Part shown: one piece after another, positions 61,018 through 64,000 of the stretch | How positions within the stretch are numbered: the stretch's first letter is position 1 | How the letters are laid out: every line of letters starts with the position of its first letter | NCBI GenBank assembly: GCA_041685625.1 | Contig: JAWLFJ010000002.1 | Location: 14,339 to 78,338 of the forward strand | From: Paracoccaceae bacterium | Lineage (GTDB): Bacteria > Pseudomonadota > Alphaproteobacteria > Rhodobacterales > Rhodobacteraceae | DNA: 64,000 nt | Direction: 5' to 3' | The notes under the pieces: generated by a model | Told to the model about the DNA's origin: nothing | What the model saw: only the letters and a program-made list of their open reading frames with translations | Databases searched by the model: none | Position numbers and translations under genes: made by a program

Positions 61018-61941
61018 ATGCGCTTCGCGACGGTGGCGACGGGGGCGGTCAACGGGTATCTCGCGGCGCGTCTCGCCGAGGCGGGGACGGAGGTCGTCTG
61101 CCTCGCGCGCGGCGCGCATCTGGCGGCGATCCGCGAGCGCGGCCTGAGGCTGGTCACGGGGGCCGGGGAGACGGCGGCGAGGCCGGCGGCGGCCTCGGAC
61201 GATCCCGCGGCGCTCGGGCCCGCGGACGTGGTGCTCTTCGCGGTGAAGGCGCAGGACCTCGAGGCGGCCGCGCCGCTCTGCGAGCCCCTGATGGGGCCGG
61301 CGACGGTGGTGATCCCCTTCCTCAACGGGGTCGAGGCGTCGGCGCGGCTGGAGGCGATGCTGGGCGCGGGCCGGGTCCTGGAAGGCCTCTGCCAGATCTC
61401 GGTCTTCGTGCGCGAGCCCGGCGTGATCCGTCAGACCGGCGATTTCGCGCGCTTCCGCTTCGCCGAGCGCGACGGGACGCGCAGCGACCGGGCGCTGGCG
61501 ATCGCCGAGGCGATGGGCGCGGCGGGCATCGAGGCCGGCGTGCCGGAGGACGTGACGCGCGAGCTCTGGCTCAAGTTCATGTTCCTCGCGACCTTCGCCG
61601 GGATCACCGCGGCGGCGCGCTGCGACGCGGCGGAGATCCGGGCGCGGCCCGAGCTCGCGGCGCTGCTGGCCGACTGCGTCGGCGAGGTCGGGCGGCTGGC
61701 GCGGGCCGAGGGCGCGGACGTGACCGAGGCCGACGAAGCCAAGGCGCTGGACTTCGTGCGCGCCCTGCCGGACGCCATGCGCGCGAGCCAGGCGAACGAT
61801 CTGGAGGCCGGTCGGCCGCTGGAGGTGGACTGGCTGTCGGGCGCCGTGGCGCGGCTCTCGGCGACCCATGGGCTGGCGGCGCCGGCGCACCGCACGCTGC
61901 ACGCGGTGCTTTCGCCGTTCCGCGACGGCCGTCGGAACTGA
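61018..61941 (+). CDS. 2-dehydropantoate 2-reductase family oxidoreductase, paralog 2 with a degenerate dinucleotide-binding motif
   Basis: The N-terminus reads VATGAVNG instead of [19 protein letters not shown] and DLEAGRPLEVD are retained. An alternative start at 61003 overlaps the paralog 1 stop. Confidence 0.65.
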   Translation: MRFATVATGAVNGYLAARLAEAGTEVVCLARGAHLAAIRERGLRLVTGAGETAARPAAASDDPAALGPADVVLFAVKAQDLEAAAPLCEPLMGPATVVIPFLNGVEASARLEAMLGAGRVLEGLCQISVFVREPGVIRQTGDFARFRFAERDGTRSDRALAIAEAMGAAGIEAGVPEDVTRELWLKFMFLATFAGITAAARCDAAEIRARPELAALLADCVGEVGRLARAEGADVTEADEAKALDFVRALPDAMRASQANDLEAGRPLEVDWLSGAVARLSATHGLAAPAHRTLHAVLSPFRDGRRN

Positions 61942-62067
61942 CGGGAGGCGCGGGCCGCGCCGACGCGCGCCGCGAGCGGGGGCCGGAGGCTCCCCGAGCG
62001 GCGCGCCCCCCGCCGAAGGGCGGAACGCGACAGGCCGGGGCGAAACCCGGCGGAGAGGGAGGAGCGC

Positions 62068-64000
<1,933 letters not shown>

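Overview
Very GC-rich chromosomal segment (roughly 70 percent by eye, not computed). Gene content and order are typical of an alphaproteobacterium and look most like Rhodobacterales-type genomes: btaAB, cobS/cobT, gatB, glnBA, tig-clpP-clpX-lon, pyrG, a coxSLM-like operon, pccR-pccB...pccA-mcm and maeB. I call about 55 protein-coding genes, 3 tRNAs (Leu-TAG, Val-TAC, CAT anticodon), several hairpin terminators and a few low-confidence regulatory sites. I saw no rRNA, CRISPR array, transposase, integrase or phage genes, so this is mostly core genome. Most long ORFs in the six-frame track are Arg/Pro/Gly/Ala-rich shadow ORFs caused by the GC content and were discarded. Start codons were chosen from the ORF track plus visible RBS, start/stop overlaps (ATGA/GTGA) and remembered N-termini of the families, so several may be off by a few codons. 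Points worth a second look: (1) a dispersed intergenic mosaic repeat family at three loci (about 10.8, 17.0 and 51.4 kb), built from degenerate 11-13 bp units with a GTCGG(C/A)C core plus short perfect palindromes, which I cannot assign to a named repeat family; (2) a propionyl-CoA/methylmalonyl-CoA supercluster (47.3-64 kb) interrupted by unexplained genes, including a P-loop-like protein translationally coupled to mcm, two ketopantoate-reductase-like paralogs, cupin+RidA, a DcaP-like porin and small membrane/lipoproteins; (3) a SAM-methyltransferase coupled to a DUF3445 (heme N-demethylase-like) gene next to a hybrid histidine kinase and a degenerate GGDEF protein; (4) an internally duplicated protein of unknown function; (5) a form-II CODH-like coxSLM operon directly downstream of pccR; (6) several tandem repeats and duplications. 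I found no clear-cut novel multi-gene system such as a defence island. All functional calls rest on motif and family recognition by eye, not on searches.
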